Below, one piece after another: positions 10,101 through 20,107 of a stretch of DNA of 64,000 nt (its first letter is position 1; each line of letters begins with the position of its first letter). Under the pieces are notes generated by a model. That model ran no database searches. It was not told the DNA's origin and was given only the letters and a program-made list of their open reading frames with translations. The position numbers and the translations under genes were made by a program. This stretch comes from a virus, in IMG/VR virus record IMGVR_UViG_3300030117_005585, positions 1 to 64,000 of that record, one strand, 5' to 3'.

Positions 10101-10328
10101 CTAAAATTTTCTTCCTCTTTTGCGAGAATCTTCTTCCAAAAGCTTAATTTTTTTCCAATGATTTCTAGCTTTCGCTTTGTTTTGAGTTTCTTTTTTTACC
10201 ATTGATGGTTTTTTGTAGAACTCTCTTTCTCTGAGTTCATACATTAGATTTGAATCTTTAACTTTTCTCTTAAATATACTAAGAGCCTTTTCGTAATTAT
10301 TATTTTTTACAACAACCTTTATTGCCAT
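10101..10328 (-). CDS. rpsU: Phage-encoded ribosomal protein bS21
   Basis: VVVKNNNYEKALSIFKRKV...ELREREFYKKPS matches the bS21 signature (E.ALR.FKRK...E.R.R.FY.KPS). Confidence 0.9.
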   Translation of the reverse strand: MAIKVVVKNNNYEKALSIFKRKVKDSNLMYELREREFYKKPSMVKKETQNKAKARNHWKKIKLLEEDSRKRGRKF

Positions 10329-10342
10329 ATTTACCTCTTTTT

Positions 10343-10663
10343 TTAATAATCTATTATTTTTCCGTCTCTATCTCTTTTCATTCCACCTTCGGCTGGATAG
10401 TTTCTCTTATCATATAGCGCTTGTTCTAAATCGTTGACTGCTCTTTTGAGACCTGTTATAACATATCTGATATTGACAGCATCGTCATTTGCGGTTAGAT
10501 CTTTTATAAAGCTTGATTTAAGAATTTTACTTTGAAAGAGCTGTATCATACCTTTAGCAGCAGAATCTTTTAATTGATAATACCCTTTAGGGTCTTTCAA
10601 ATGTTTTTTTGGGTCAAACGCCCCACCTGGATGTTTTTCTAGTAGTAAATCTTTAAGTTTCAT
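10343..10663 (-). CDS. Putative internal head protein
   Basis: N-terminal MKLKDLLLE resembles a capsid-targeting/protease-cleaved leader; located in the head module. Confidence 0.5.
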   Translation of the reverse strand: MKLKDLLLEKHPGGAFDPKKHLKDPKGYYQLKDSAAKGMIQLFQSKILKSSFIKDLTANDDAVNIRYVITGLKRAVNDLEQALYDKRNYPAEGGMKRDRDGKIIDY

Positions 10664-11301
10664 TAATCAGTTTCCTTTTTCGCCTTATAGTTTCTATCTA
10701 CATAATTAAAGAAATCTTTTTTATCAGAATCACTCATATCTCCAATATCAGAAACATTAAATTTTTTCATAGCTTTTTGAAAGAAAGCTTTATAGTCATC
10801 TTCCTCTCTAAACATCATTTTGTCAGCTTCGTTCACATCATCTCTACTAACATCTCTGTCATCATCATCATGACCAGCTATATGTTTTTCACCTATTGAG
10901 TAATATCTACTCAAAATATTTCCCATATCTTCATATAGTCCACTCATTCTTTCCTGTAATGAATTAGCTTCCATAGCAACTTTACCGAACTGTTTTGATA
11001 AACCTGTAAGTTCTTTCATGTTACGGCTAACTGTAACTTTATCAAACATATCATCTACTTCTGAAAGTGTGTGTTGTGCTGCGCCCTCTGCTATTTTTGA
11101 AAGAGATTCGGCAACCTCTCTTAGATTACCCTTACCATAGATAGATTCACCTATAGAGTTAAAGTCACTAATTTTAGAGACAAGCTCTTTCACATTTATC
11201 TGTGGTTCGTCTTTTTCTTCCTTTACCCAAGGACTATGAGATACAATGCCACCGGCAACTCTCATTTCTTTTATTAAATCTTTTAATTTTATGTTAGCCA
11301 T
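10663..11301 (-). CDS. Putative head assembly/internal protein
   Basis: MANIKLKDLIKE leader. C-terminal YKAFFQKAMKKF...KKDFFNYVD basic module. Own late promoter and AGGAG RBS. Confidence 0.55.
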   Translation of the reverse strand: MANIKLKDLIKEMRVAGGIVSHSPWVKEEKDEPQINVKELVSKISDFNSIGESIYGKGNLREVAESLSKIAEGAAQHTLSEVDDMFDKVTVSRNMKELTGLSKQFGKVAMEANSLQERMSGLYEDMGNILSRYYSIGEKHIAGHDDDDRDVSRDDVNEADKMMFREEDDYKAFFQKAMKKFNVSDIGDMSDSDKKDFFNYVDRNYKAKKETD

Positions 11302-11328
11302 ATATTTTCTCCTTAGATATAAATATAT

Positions 11329-12699
11329 CTATTTTACAAATTTCATCGCAAGTTGTTGCATTTTTGGTAGTGAGAGATTAGAAAATTTCTTTTTGTTTGC
11401 GTTATTAATAGCATCATACACTTTAACAATGGCATTTGCAGTGTAGCCATCCATTCTCATTTTTCTTTTACTGACAGGATCGGTAAGAACTTTGTTCTGT
11501 CTGTTTTTAACCACATCTCTGATTTTAGCTATAATCGGTGGGTCTTTTACTTCCCTCAGGTTTTCTCTTACAAAATATTTTTTAACATCAGCGGATTCAT
11601 CTAGATCAGATTTCTTAAAATCCTTTAAATTCTTTAACACTTGAGGACTACCAGCTTTACCTAAGTGAAAACCACCAGCACTAACTCCTAACTCAACTTG
11701 ACCTATTCTACTAATATATACTGGTATAACAGCAGAACTTCTTTTTACTTTACCTTGGCCAGGCATATCTACCATATTACTTGACGCAACTGTATAGAAT
11801 CCACCCCAAGCACCATTATAAAAATTCTTTTTCATAGGGTCATATTTTATTACTCTAATTCCAGCTTGTTTAAAAACTTTATCCATATATTTTCTAAATT
11901 TACCTTTAGCATCAAAAAATTGTTCATTTACAGATTCTTTTTTAGAAAATCTATCTTTGATTCTTTGAAAAATACTTTTAGCTTTTTTATGTGCCGAAGG
12001 GTCTTTTTTCGCATATTTGGATTGACGAGCTGTATTTACAGATACTTTATTACCGGCTTTACTTTGAACAACCATACGTTGAGCAGCAGCGATAGCGGCT
12101 GGGTTCTCATTTAGTTTAGCTTCTGTAGTCACCTTCTTTAATAGTTTTTTCTTAAAAGCTTTTACTTTTTTGGAATCCATAGTTGCTAAAGCCCCACCAG
12201 TTAATACATCAGCTAACATATCTAATGCTTTTTTAGCACCGTGGTCTTTAACCAAATCTTTAAATGCATCTTTGATAGACATTTCTCTTTCATTCAAAGA
12301 TTCTTTTTTCAATCTACTTTTTTCAGCTCTTCCTCTGTTTTTAGATTGTGACTCAAAACCCACTATCTTTCCCCCTTTATGTGATGCATCTTTGCCATCA
12401 CCATTTCCATAAGTACCTTTCTTTCTGTTGTACTTATTTAATTCTGCTCTATATTTCTTCATCTTTGGAGATGATTGAAATTTTTTGTACTCAGCTTTAT
12501 AATCTCTCTTCTTTTCCTCTTTTACTTTTTTAGGTAAGTCATCATGCTTTGTTTTAGCATACTTTCTTACACTACTTTTTTTCATAGACTTAGCAGCCTT
12601 TTGAGCTGCTTTTGAAAATTTACCAGCAGGTGCCTCGCCTTTTTGTATAGCCCTAACAATGCCCATAAACTTCTGTTGTTGTTTGGACTTTGCTGGCAT
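11329..12699 (-). CDS. Basic multi-module internal head polyprotein (N-terminal DUF3008-like module)
   Basis: MPAKSKQQQKFMG...TKHDDLP module and RDYKAEY...GDGKDASH module. Modules are separated by VKEE, ESLNE, AKLNE, ESVNE and NLRE. Confidence 0.6.
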   Translation of the reverse strand: MPAKSKQQQKFMGIVRAIQKGEAPAGKFSKAAQKAAKSMKKSSVRKYAKTKHDDLPKKVKEEKKRDYKAEYKKFQSSPKMKKYRAELNKYNRKKGTYGNGDGKDASHKGGKIVGFESQSKNRGRAEKSRLKKESLNEREMSIKDAFKDLVKDHGAKKALDMLADVLTGGALATMDSKKVKAFKKKLLKKVTTEAKLNENPAAIAAAQRMVVQSKAGNKVSVNTARQSKYAKKDPSAHKKAKSIFQRIKDRFSKKESVNEQFFDAKGKFRKYMDKVFKQAGIRVIKYDPMKKNFYNGAWGGFYTVASSNMVDMPGQGKVKRSSAVIPVYISRIGQVELGVSAGGFHLGKAGSPQVLKNLKDFKKSDLDESADVKKYFVRENLREVKDPPIIAKIRDVVKNRQNKVLTDPVSKRKMRMDGYTANAIVKVYDAINNANKKKFSNLSLPKMQQLAMKFVK

Positions 12700-13301
12700 T
12701 ATCCTCTCAATATATCATTGATTACTGCTTCAACCCTACCATACTTAGTGTCACGTATCACAGTTTCACCTTCAACACTTTCATTCATCGGGTGAAGAAA
12801 AGCACCATGCGTAGATGGATTAGAAACAAAATCAAAAGCGATGAGTTCAAAATCATCCTGCACTTCGCTTGCGCCATTCTCATTCATAGGTTCAACCGAA
12901 CCCATACCACGCGAAGATATACCTAATTTAATACCATTTTTGAACAACTCCTTTAAGATATTACCACTGGGTGTAGTAAGAACTTCAACTGTACCAACTA
13001 AATCATCGCCGTTAAAATTCATCTCAGTTACATTATGAGATACATTCTGTAAGTTTACAACAGATGATTCAGGATGGTCTAGTTCACCCATAGCTCTTTT
13101 TTGTTGAACAAAATTTTGAGAATACTTTTTTGCTTCTCGTACTAAAATTTCTTTAGGGTATACCCTACCATTTTGATTTTTGGTATCAGCTCTTTGTAAA
13201 ATTCCTTTAACAACAAGCTTCCCATTATTTTCTTTCATAGACTCATTGATTTGATTTGCTTGTATTTCAAATGGTAAGTAATCTACTATTAATTGTTTCA
13301 T
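12699..13301 (-). CDS. Prohead protease (T4 gp21-like)
   Basis: NQNGRVYP, GELDHP, VSH, LGISSRGMGS and DFVSNPS. Confidence 0.95.
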   Translation of the reverse strand: MKQLIVDYLPFEIQANQINESMKENNGKLVVKGILQRADTKNQNGRVYPKEILVREAKKYSQNFVQQKRAMGELDHPESSVVNLQNVSHNVTEMNFNGDDLVGTVEVLTTPSGNILKELFKNGIKLGISSRGMGSVEPMNENGASEVQDDFELIAFDFVSNPSTHGAFLHPMNESVEGETVIRDTKYGRVEAVINDILRG

Positions 13302-13927
13302 TTCAAACTCCTAAATGTTCTATCATAAATTTCTTTCAATACACTGGGATTAGATTCTTTTAATTCTTTTATTGGTTTGTACTTAACTCCGTTTATTATT
13401 TTAGTCTCATCCATATCTTCTTCGTAATCCATAATTTGTTTTTTCAAATCGCCGAGAGTCATATTAGCGTTATTAGGTATAGATGCGATTGTATCATCGT
13501 CAAATTTTGAACTAACCAAATCCATACCATCCCAATATAAATCATCGTCATCACCTGTGCCTATCTTATCCATTATTTCAGAATCGTTCTTCAACATATC
13601 CATAATATCATCTGTATCAATAGGTCCGGAGTTAGCATCAGATATTTCTACATCATCACTTTCTGCATTGTCATCTGACTTATCTGAGTCACCACCATCT
13701 CTATCAAAATCACCACTACCTAATTTACCACCGGCATCCTTTTCACTATCATCACCACCTTTGTCAGCCATCTTATTGTAAGCAGTTTTTGCCGGATGGT
13801 CATCTGGCTGCTTTTTAGCAGCACCTGCAGTCATCTCCTGAGACTCACCCTCTTTGTCTTTATACTTAATGATTTCGTCATCATCAACCTCATTGATACT
13901 TTGTGCAATTTCTAATAGTGAAATCAT
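13298..13927 (-). CDS. Acidic hypothetical, putative internal head protein
   Basis: MISLLEIAQSINE leader; head module. Confidence 0.5.
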   Translation of the reverse strand: MISLLEIAQSINEVDDDEIIKYKDKEGESQEMTAGAAKKQPDDHPAKTAYNKMADKGGDDSEKDAGGKLGSGDFDRDGGDSDKSDDNAESDDVEISDANSGPIDTDDIMDMLKNDSEIMDKIGTGDDDDLYWDGMDLVSSKFDDDTIASIPNNANMTLGDLKKQIMDYEEDMDETKIINGVKYKPIKELKESNPSVLKEIYDRTFRSLK

Positions 13928-14112
13928 TAATCTTTCTCCATCATAATTTCTGTTTTAAGACTTTCCAACTGTTCTATCCATTGGTTAAGTCTTCTAATCA
14001 TGTAATTTTTATCTACATCTTTTTTCTGTATCTCAACCTGCCATCTTTTTAACAAAGTTGATATACTAAAAAGAGTGTCCATATAGGACTTCTTTTTATC
14101 TTCAAACGGCAT
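13927..14112 (-). CDS. Hypothetical protein
   Basis: 61-aa ORF with GGAG RBS, coupled to the next gene. Confidence 0.6.
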   Translation of the reverse strand: MPFEDKKKSYMDTLFSISTLLKRWQVEIQKKDVDKNYMIRRLNQWIEQLESLKTEIMMEKD

Positions 14113-14123
14113 AGTGACTCCGA

Positions 14124-14555
14124 TTATTGTAACTGCCCTACTTTATTCGCTAGCTTTACTAACCTCTCACTTATTTTGTTTAAAGCCTTATGTGTATTCT
14201 TCCAATAAGATTGTGAATTCACATTTAATTCATTTTTAAGACGAACATTCATCTTAACTAGTTTATCTAAATTATTGAGACTATCTCTAATCTCTCTCAT
14301 AGAACGACCAATTTTTTGTTTAGGAGTCATTGACTCATCATTTCTATAATCGTGATATCTACCTTCATTGACATAATCGTAGCCAGTTGAACCTAAATCT
14401 CTTTTCTTTTTCTTCTTTTTATCTTTCTTTGGGTCTGAAAAGGCATAAGGAGTTTGATATCCTGGCACATTAGCCGAAGTAGAAGCTTCCTCTAACTCTT
14501 TTTTGATTAACTCTCTGATAATCTCTTTGAGTTTATCCATTTTTGACATTTTCAA
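14124..14555 (-). CDS. Head-module protein with protease-type leader
   Basis: KLKEIIRELIKKELEE|ASTSANVPGYQTPYAF, with a C-terminal coiled coil. Confidence 0.6.
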   Translation of the reverse strand: MKMSKMDKLKEIIRELIKKELEEASTSANVPGYQTPYAFSDPKKDKKKKKKRDLGSTGYDYVNEGRYHDYRNDESMTPKQKIGRSMREIRDSLNNLDKLVKMNVRLKNELNVNSQSYWKNTHKALNKISERLVKLANKVGQLQ

Positions 14556-15396
14556 GCTCCTTAACTAATTGATAGTATCTCATTAGCGTAACTACTTGTT
14601 TGTCTTCCACAATTCTTCCTTTCATAAGAGTTTCTGCTTGATTAACTGCTTCATTAAGCTTTATCTTAGTAACTTTATCATTAACTTTAGGTAAAAGTGA
14701 TTGGAGTTTTGATTTTACCCTAATAGTTTCTGATTCTATAAACTCTTTAAGTGAATTTGTGTTCGAAATGTTGTTTATGTACTCTTTAAGTAGTTTTTTC
14801 TGCTGTTTACTCAAAGAACTGTACTTTTTATTGAATTTTTCAACTAAAATACCATAAGCAAGCAATCTTAAATCTTTTTCTTGCTTTTTGTAACCCTCAA
14901 CAAGTTCTTTATCCTTCTTTTTATTTGTAATTTGTTTTCTTGTGACGTGCTCAACAATAGTGTAGCGACTTTCTGTTTCACCAGCTGGATTTGAGTCATA
15001 ATCGACATCAAATATTTTATATATCGAAGCATTTACTTTATAATTAGGAATTCTTGACATAAAAAAATCACTCACATTGTAATTCTTTTTGATTTCTTTA
15101 ATTAAATTGTATTTTTCCCTTTTTAATTGAGAACTATTTAATTTTTGACGAGCTTTTACGACAGCATCTACTAAATGATTGGCTTTTATTTCAGATGTGT
15201 AGTTTTCTGTTGTTAACACTCTATATAATTCGTATTCTTTTCCTAATTGTGTTTTTTTATTGAAAAATTCTTTTAATATTTTAGCAGCGGCTGCTTTTTC
15301 ATCGTTATTAAGGACATCAACTGTTATCTGTCTTGTTAACAACTCAAATAAAATTCCTGTATTACGAATTTTTGAGTGCTTTGTATTTGAACTCAT
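14533..15396 (-). CDS. Conserved hypothetical head-module protein
   Basis: KHSKIRNTGILFELLTRQIT. Start refined to ATG at 15396, after GGAG. Late promoter at 15431-15438. Confidence 0.7.
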   Translation of the reverse strand: MSSNTKHSKIRNTGILFELLTRQITVDVLNNDEKAAAAKILKEFFNKKTQLGKEYELYRVLTTENYTSEIKANHLVDAVVKARQKLNSSQLKREKYNLIKEIKKNYNVSDFFMSRIPNYKVNASIYKIFDVDYDSNPAGETESRYTIVEHVTRKQITNKKKDKELVEGYKKQEKDLRLLAYGILVEKFNKKYSSLSKQQKKLLKEYINNISNTNSLKEFIESETIRVKSKLQSLLPKVNDKVTKIKLNEAVNQAETLMKGRIVEDKQVVTLMRYYQLVKELENVKNG

Positions 15397-15446
15397 ATTT
15401 AACTCCAATCATTTATGTAATTCTTCATATATAAATATATGATTAC

Positions 15447-17264
15447 TTAATTTTTGTTAGTATTAAGAGAAGAAACTTCTTCTTTATATTCTTTCTCAAC
15501 TTCTTTTGACTCAGATAGTAATGTTTTTGCTTTACTACCTAAGTGTTTGAACAGATTTTCGTAGTGATGTGTGGCAGTTGCACCATATGCTGTACTTTTA
15601 TCATTTGCACCTAGCGGGTCTCTACCTCTGGCACCACTATCTTGTCCATACTTATTAGCCTCTTTAGGTCTTCCAGCGCCTGGCTGCCCACCTTCCTCTG
15701 AACCACCTTTATCATCTAGCTCATGACCAGTTCTACCCATAGCTAAATCAGAGGGAGTGCCTTGAGATTGTCCACTTTTTGCGGGGTCATTACCTTCGGC
15801 TTCAATCTGTTGCCTTCTAAATTTGTTTTTGTAATCAAAAATTATCTGTTCATCATTTTCTTTAATATCATCATCTGTAAAATTAAAGATATTCTTATAT
15901 ATCCATTCAGATGATAATAATCCATCTCTTGTCATAGACTCTGCCAAAGAAGTTTTTTGATTCCATAGTTCTATTTTTTCTTGTTCATAGATTGTAGATG
16001 GATTAGTTAGTTTTAAATCGAAGTTAACAAGTTCTTGATCTCTGTATCCTTGAGCATACAAATGAACTACAGCAATTTTAGTCAATTCACTAACTACAAT
16101 TCTCTGTATTCTTTCAATTGTTCTGGCAAATCTAACATCCTCAGCCGCTAGTGTAGCTTTAGAACCCAATCCTTCTTCATATCCTAAGAAAGCTTTCGGA
16201 ACACGAAGAGATGCTAACATCTTATTTTTTAAATACTCAATATCATCTACAGCATCATAATTTAAACCACTTAGGGATTCAATAGAAGTTCCACTATCTC
16301 CACCTCTAACTGGTAAGAAGAAATCCTCTGTAAGATTTTGAATGTTATATCTTAAATTATAATCACCAGTCTTTTCATCAATGATAGGAGCCTTTTTCAT
16401 TTTATTAACCACTTGCTGCATGTAGTTATCAACTTCAGCTGGTGGTATATTACCAATATCTAATTTAAATATTCTCTTTTCAGGTGCTCTCATAATTCTG
16501 TGAATTAACATAGCATCTTCCATAAGCGTCATTTGTTTCCAAACCTTTCTACCAGCCTCTAACATTGAACGACCATAAGGAACATAATTAGCATCTGACA
16601 ATAATCTAAAGTGAGCTACCTCATAATTCTCATAAGTTACTTGTTCAGGATTTGTTGAAGAGTGTCTAGCAGCATCTTGATGAGGAGTCAACATAAACTG
16701 AACATTTTGTGAGTTTTCAACATCATGTCCTTCAAGTCTAGCAACATCATAGGCAGATAATGGTGTAACATTAACCACACCATATTTTTCAGCAACCTCT
16801 AATTGTAAAAAGAAATCACCATACTTGTTCATATTACGAATCCAAGGCCATAGATTGAATTCTATATTAATAACATCGTAAAACAAATTATGGAGTATGT
16901 CATATACATTGTCATTTGTAGTTTCTATAGAAAGAACTTCACCATACTCATTTTTCATTGTGGATTCATCTGAGTAGATGTCAAGCGCAGAAGCAATTAT
17001 AGCATCAGAATCCATTGATTCGTAGTCTCTGAATAGTCCTAGCCTTAGTTGCTGTTGATACAGTTGGTCATTGTATCCAAATTGTTGAGCAGTGCCAATA
17101 CCACCATATAATTTTTGATATCTGTCTACTAAATTAGTTTGCACATATCCTTGTAATTTTCCAGTATCTACTACTTTAAGTTTTCTACCACCTATGTTTC
17201 TAACAATAGTATTAGTAGAAAACAATCTTTTTAATCTTGAAAATATGTCTTTATTATCAGCCAT
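15447..17264 (-). CDS. Portal protein (T4 gp20-like)
   Basis: LMEDAMLIHRIMRAPEKRIFKLDIGNIP, EDFFLPVRGG and EDVRFARTIERIQ. Confidence 0.95.
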   Translation of the reverse strand: MADNKDIFSRLKRLFSTNTIVRNIGGRKLKVVDTGKLQGYVQTNLVDRYQKLYGGIGTAQQFGYNDQLYQQQLRLGLFRDYESMDSDAIIASALDIYSDESTMKNEYGEVLSIETTNDNVYDILHNLFYDVINIEFNLWPWIRNMNKYGDFFLQLEVAEKYGVVNVTPLSAYDVARLEGHDVENSQNVQFMLTPHQDAARHSSTNPEQVTYENYEVAHFRLLSDANYVPYGRSMLEAGRKVWKQMTLMEDAMLIHRIMRAPEKRIFKLDIGNIPPAEVDNYMQQVVNKMKKAPIIDEKTGDYNLRYNIQNLTEDFFLPVRGGDSGTSIESLSGLNYDAVDDIEYLKNKMLASLRVPKAFLGYEEGLGSKATLAAEDVRFARTIERIQRIVVSELTKIAVVHLYAQGYRDQELVNFDLKLTNPSTIYEQEKIELWNQKTSLAESMTRDGLLSSEWIYKNIFNFTDDDIKENDEQIIFDYKNKFRRQQIEAEGNDPAKSGQSQGTPSDLAMGRTGHELDDKGGSEEGGQPGAGRPKEANKYGQDSGARGRDPLGANDKSTAYGATATHHYENLFKHLGSKAKTLLSESKEVEKEYKEEVSSLNTNKN

Positions 17265-17275
17265 TTTTTTACCTC

Positions 17276-18853
17276 TTAGTTAATTAACCAATCTAAACTT
17301 TCTTTCTCTCTATTGGGTCCTACTTCCATCTCCCAAGAGTTAGTCTTATTGGTTGGTTTTTGTGGTATCATCTGTGATGCTACACCACTTAAAGTTCTTT
17401 TAGTTAGTTGTATTCCTTCATTTCTCAACCTTAATGCAGTATCTCTTACCCAAAGAGTCAAAGCAAAACTCATAACTAAGTCATCATTATATCCCTGCAT
17501 AGCTTCAGCTTTATTATTGTTATATATAAATACAAACAACTCATCAATTAATCGATTTGAACGAACAATTACCGACTTCTCTCTGAAATATTCCTCTAAT
17601 TTAGATACAACTAATGGTCTTGTTTTCATTGTCATACTAAATCCTGCAACCATATTCCTATCTGATACTCTGTACTTATTAGACATTTGATGTTCTGTAT
17701 CAACATACTTCAAATCTTTGCTCATATAAAATAAATTCTCATAACCTCTATCAATACATTGTTGTAGAGCAGCCCAACCAATATTGTTATTTTCAACTAC
17801 TAATAAAGCGTTATTGTATTCTGTGGCAACATTAACACACAAATTACCGAAATCTTTTGTAGACATTCTTCCTTTGTACTCTGCTACCTGTTCCATAGAC
17901 TCTACTTCCATAACGTGAAAAGCAGAGTAATCTGAACCATCACCTCTACTAACATCAGCACTTAGTACATAATCCTTAGTATAGTTTGCTGGTTGCCAAA
18001 TCCAAAGGTTGCTGTCTATTCCTCTTTTTTCTAAGGGGTCTTGTACTTGTCTTTCTCTATACTCTTCTAGTATCACACCATCAATTACAGATTGTCCTGA
18101 AGTTATAAAGTCACAATCACATTCTTGTGCTGCTAGTGAAGGACCTAAAAGACTATTTTGTTCTTCTCTCCATTCATCATTTCTCTCAGGATGTAAATTC
18201 CAATGTAATCTTATAAAGTTCCAATCGTTTGTTCCATTTTCAGCACCTTCCCAAGTTTTATGAAACCAATTTCCAACACCATTAGGTGTAGAGAGTGCAA
18301 TACATTGTCCACCAGTAGATAACGTCTGTGAAGCAGCAGCCCATATTGGTTCAATTTTATCAATAAAAGCAGCCTCATCTAATATTAATAATGATAGAGC
18401 TTCTGACCTACCAGCTTCCTCACCACTCGCAACAGCTTTTACCTGAGAACCATTTATGTATCTCAACGACAGCTTGTTATCCTCAACACATTTCTGTTTT
18501 AACCAACTTGGTAAGTTAGCGTGCATCACTCTTACCTTAGTCACTAAGTTCTTAGCAGTATCTTGTTTGGTAGCAATCACCAATATGTTTTTGTCACTAT
18601 GAAAAGTCATCATCCATAAAGAATATCCAGCAGTAAGTGTAGATAATCCTAACTGTCTAGCCTTCAATATAATATTGAATCTATGCTCTTCAAATGTTTG
18701 TAAAGACTTTTCCTGATATTCATACAAATGAAAAGGAACTTTACCTTTCATTGGATGCTGTACCACACAATACTTTTTCATAAAGTATACGGGATCTTTA
18801 GCACATTTTACATATTCTTTTTTGATGACTTCTTTTAGTGGTGCAGGTTTCAT
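17276..18853 (-). CDS. Terminase large subunit (gp17-like)
   Basis: Walker A LKARQLGLST, Walker B LLILDEAAF, STPNG, nuclease ADVSRG and NDDLVM. Start refined to MKPAPLKE. Confidence 0.95.
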   Translation of the reverse strand: MKPAPLKEVIKKEYVKCAKDPVYFMKKYCVVQHPMKGKVPFHLYEYQEKSLQTFEEHRFNIILKARQLGLSTLTAGYSLWMMTFHSDKNILVIATKQDTAKNLVTKVRVMHANLPSWLKQKCVEDNKLSLRYINGSQVKAVASGEEAGRSEALSLLILDEAAFIDKIEPIWAAASQTLSTGGQCIALSTPNGVGNWFHKTWEGAENGTNDWNFIRLHWNLHPERNDEWREEQNSLLGPSLAAQECDCDFITSGQSVIDGVILEEYRERQVQDPLEKRGIDSNLWIWQPANYTKDYVLSADVSRGDGSDYSAFHVMEVESMEQVAEYKGRMSTKDFGNLCVNVATEYNNALLVVENNNIGWAALQQCIDRGYENLFYMSKDLKYVDTEHQMSNKYRVSDRNMVAGFSMTMKTRPLVVSKLEEYFREKSVIVRSNRLIDELFVFIYNNNKAEAMQGYNDDLVMSFALTLWVRDTALRLRNEGIQLTKRTLSGVASQMIPQKPTNKTNSWEMEVGPNREKESLDWLIN

Positions 18854-19251
18854 TATATCTTTCCTAAAATAAATCCTATTCCCAACCAAAGGTATTGATT
18901 CTCATACCATTTAGGTTGAAGTGTTTTTATAAGTTCTTCATTTGCCTTATCACGTGATTGTAGTAACTGAATCTGTTTACTTTTAGCCGCTGATAAAACA
19001 GAATCTACCTTAGAATATTCCTCTAATTCTGTTATTAACTTTTCACCATCGGCAATAACATTTTTTTGTGACTCTATTAGTGAATCTGCTTTTGCTAATT
19101 TACCTTCCCATTGAGCATCACGTGCTTTTAACATTTCTAATGCTTCATCGTATGTAAATGAAGTTGGTTTTTCTCCACCCTTTTTAATCTCTTGACTTTC
19201 TGCTATTGACATAGCAAAAAATAATATCAAAAAATATTTCAAAATCTTCAT
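18853..19251 (-). CDS. Exported coiled-coil protein with C-terminal hydrophobic anchor (spanin-like candidate)
   Basis: Signal peptide MKILKYFLILFFAMSIAES, coiled coil, C-terminal KWYENQYLWLGIGFILG. Confidence 0.45.
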   Translation of the reverse strand: MKILKYFLILFFAMSIAESQEIKKGGEKPTSFTYDEALEMLKARDAQWEGKLAKADSLIESQKNVIADGEKLITELEEYSKVDSVLSAAKSKQIQLLQSRDKANEELIKTLQPKWYENQYLWLGIGFILGKI

Positions 19252-19259
19252 AGCAATCC

Positions 19260-19571
19260 TCATTTATTTTTTGCAAAATTTCTCAGAAAATCTTCAGCTG
19301 ATTCAACTTCATCATTATCATATGCTTCTTGCATTTTCTGTGTTTTCTTTTTACTATTGGTAAGTTTTCTTTTTAAATTACCAACTTCTTTCTTTGAAGC
19401 AGTTTTGGCTTCTTCTAATTCTTTAATTTTCTTTTCTACTTTCTTTTCTTCTTTTTTGTTTTCCTTAATAACCTTTTTAAGTTCTTTTACTTTTTTACTT
19501 TTAGTAGCATTAACTGCAAAAAGACCACCAACTAAACCTAAGAATCCAAGTATGATTTTCCAAATCTTCAT
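19260..19571 (-). CDS. N-anchored coiled-coil membrane protein (i-spanin-like candidate)
   Basis: N-terminal TM segment followed by a Lys/Glu coiled coil. Confidence 0.45.
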   Translation of the reverse strand: MKIWKIILGFLGLVGGLFAVNATKSKKVKELKKVIKENKKEEKKVEKKIKELEEAKTASKKEVGNLKRKLTNSKKKTQKMQEAYDNDEVESAEDFLRNFAKNK

Positions 19572-20098
19572 TCTTCTTTCTCCAATTGTTCTAAAACTTC
19601 TTTGTACTTTTTTAAAGCTTCATCCGCATCATCTTTAAATTTATCCATATCTATAGTCCATTTTTCTTTTTCCAATTCAGGATAATTTACACCAACATTA
19701 TTCAACCACTCAGGTGCTTTAGTTTCTCTCCATTCCTCGATAGCCTGAATTTGGTCTTTAACAAAAGCTATTTTATTTTCTTTTATTTTGTTTCTTTGCC
19801 ACTCATCATATGTTCCGGCAATACGCATTTTGTTTTCAATCTCTATCTGACAATCAAAACAATGATTGAATTTCATCCAAAATTTGTTATCGAGTCTCTG
19901 TTTCATAACTTTCTTACAACTTGGACAAAACCAAGGCATTCTAGCTTCTTTCATTACTTCACTTAAATGACTAATCTTATCACCACCCTCTGGATTTTTC
20001 CCTTCGTAACCTACCATTACTCTTTTCTCTGGTGTTTCTCCTTTTAACAGTGATTTCAATACTTCATTTTGTCTTTCTGATTCTTTACTATATCCCAT
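19568..20098 (-). CDS. Conserved hypothetical zinc-binding protein
   Basis: CPSC...CFDC; AGGAG-type RBS. Confidence 0.6.
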   Translation of the reverse strand: MGYSKESERQNEVLKSLLKGETPEKRVMVGYEGKNPEGGDKISHLSEVMKEARMPWFCPSCKKVMKQRLDNKFWMKFNHCFDCQIEIENKMRIAGTYDEWQRNKIKENKIAFVKDQIQAIEEWRETKAPEWLNNVGVNYPELEKEKWTIDMDKFKDDADEALKKYKEVLEQLEKEE

Positions 20099-20107
20099 AA
20101 CCTACTC

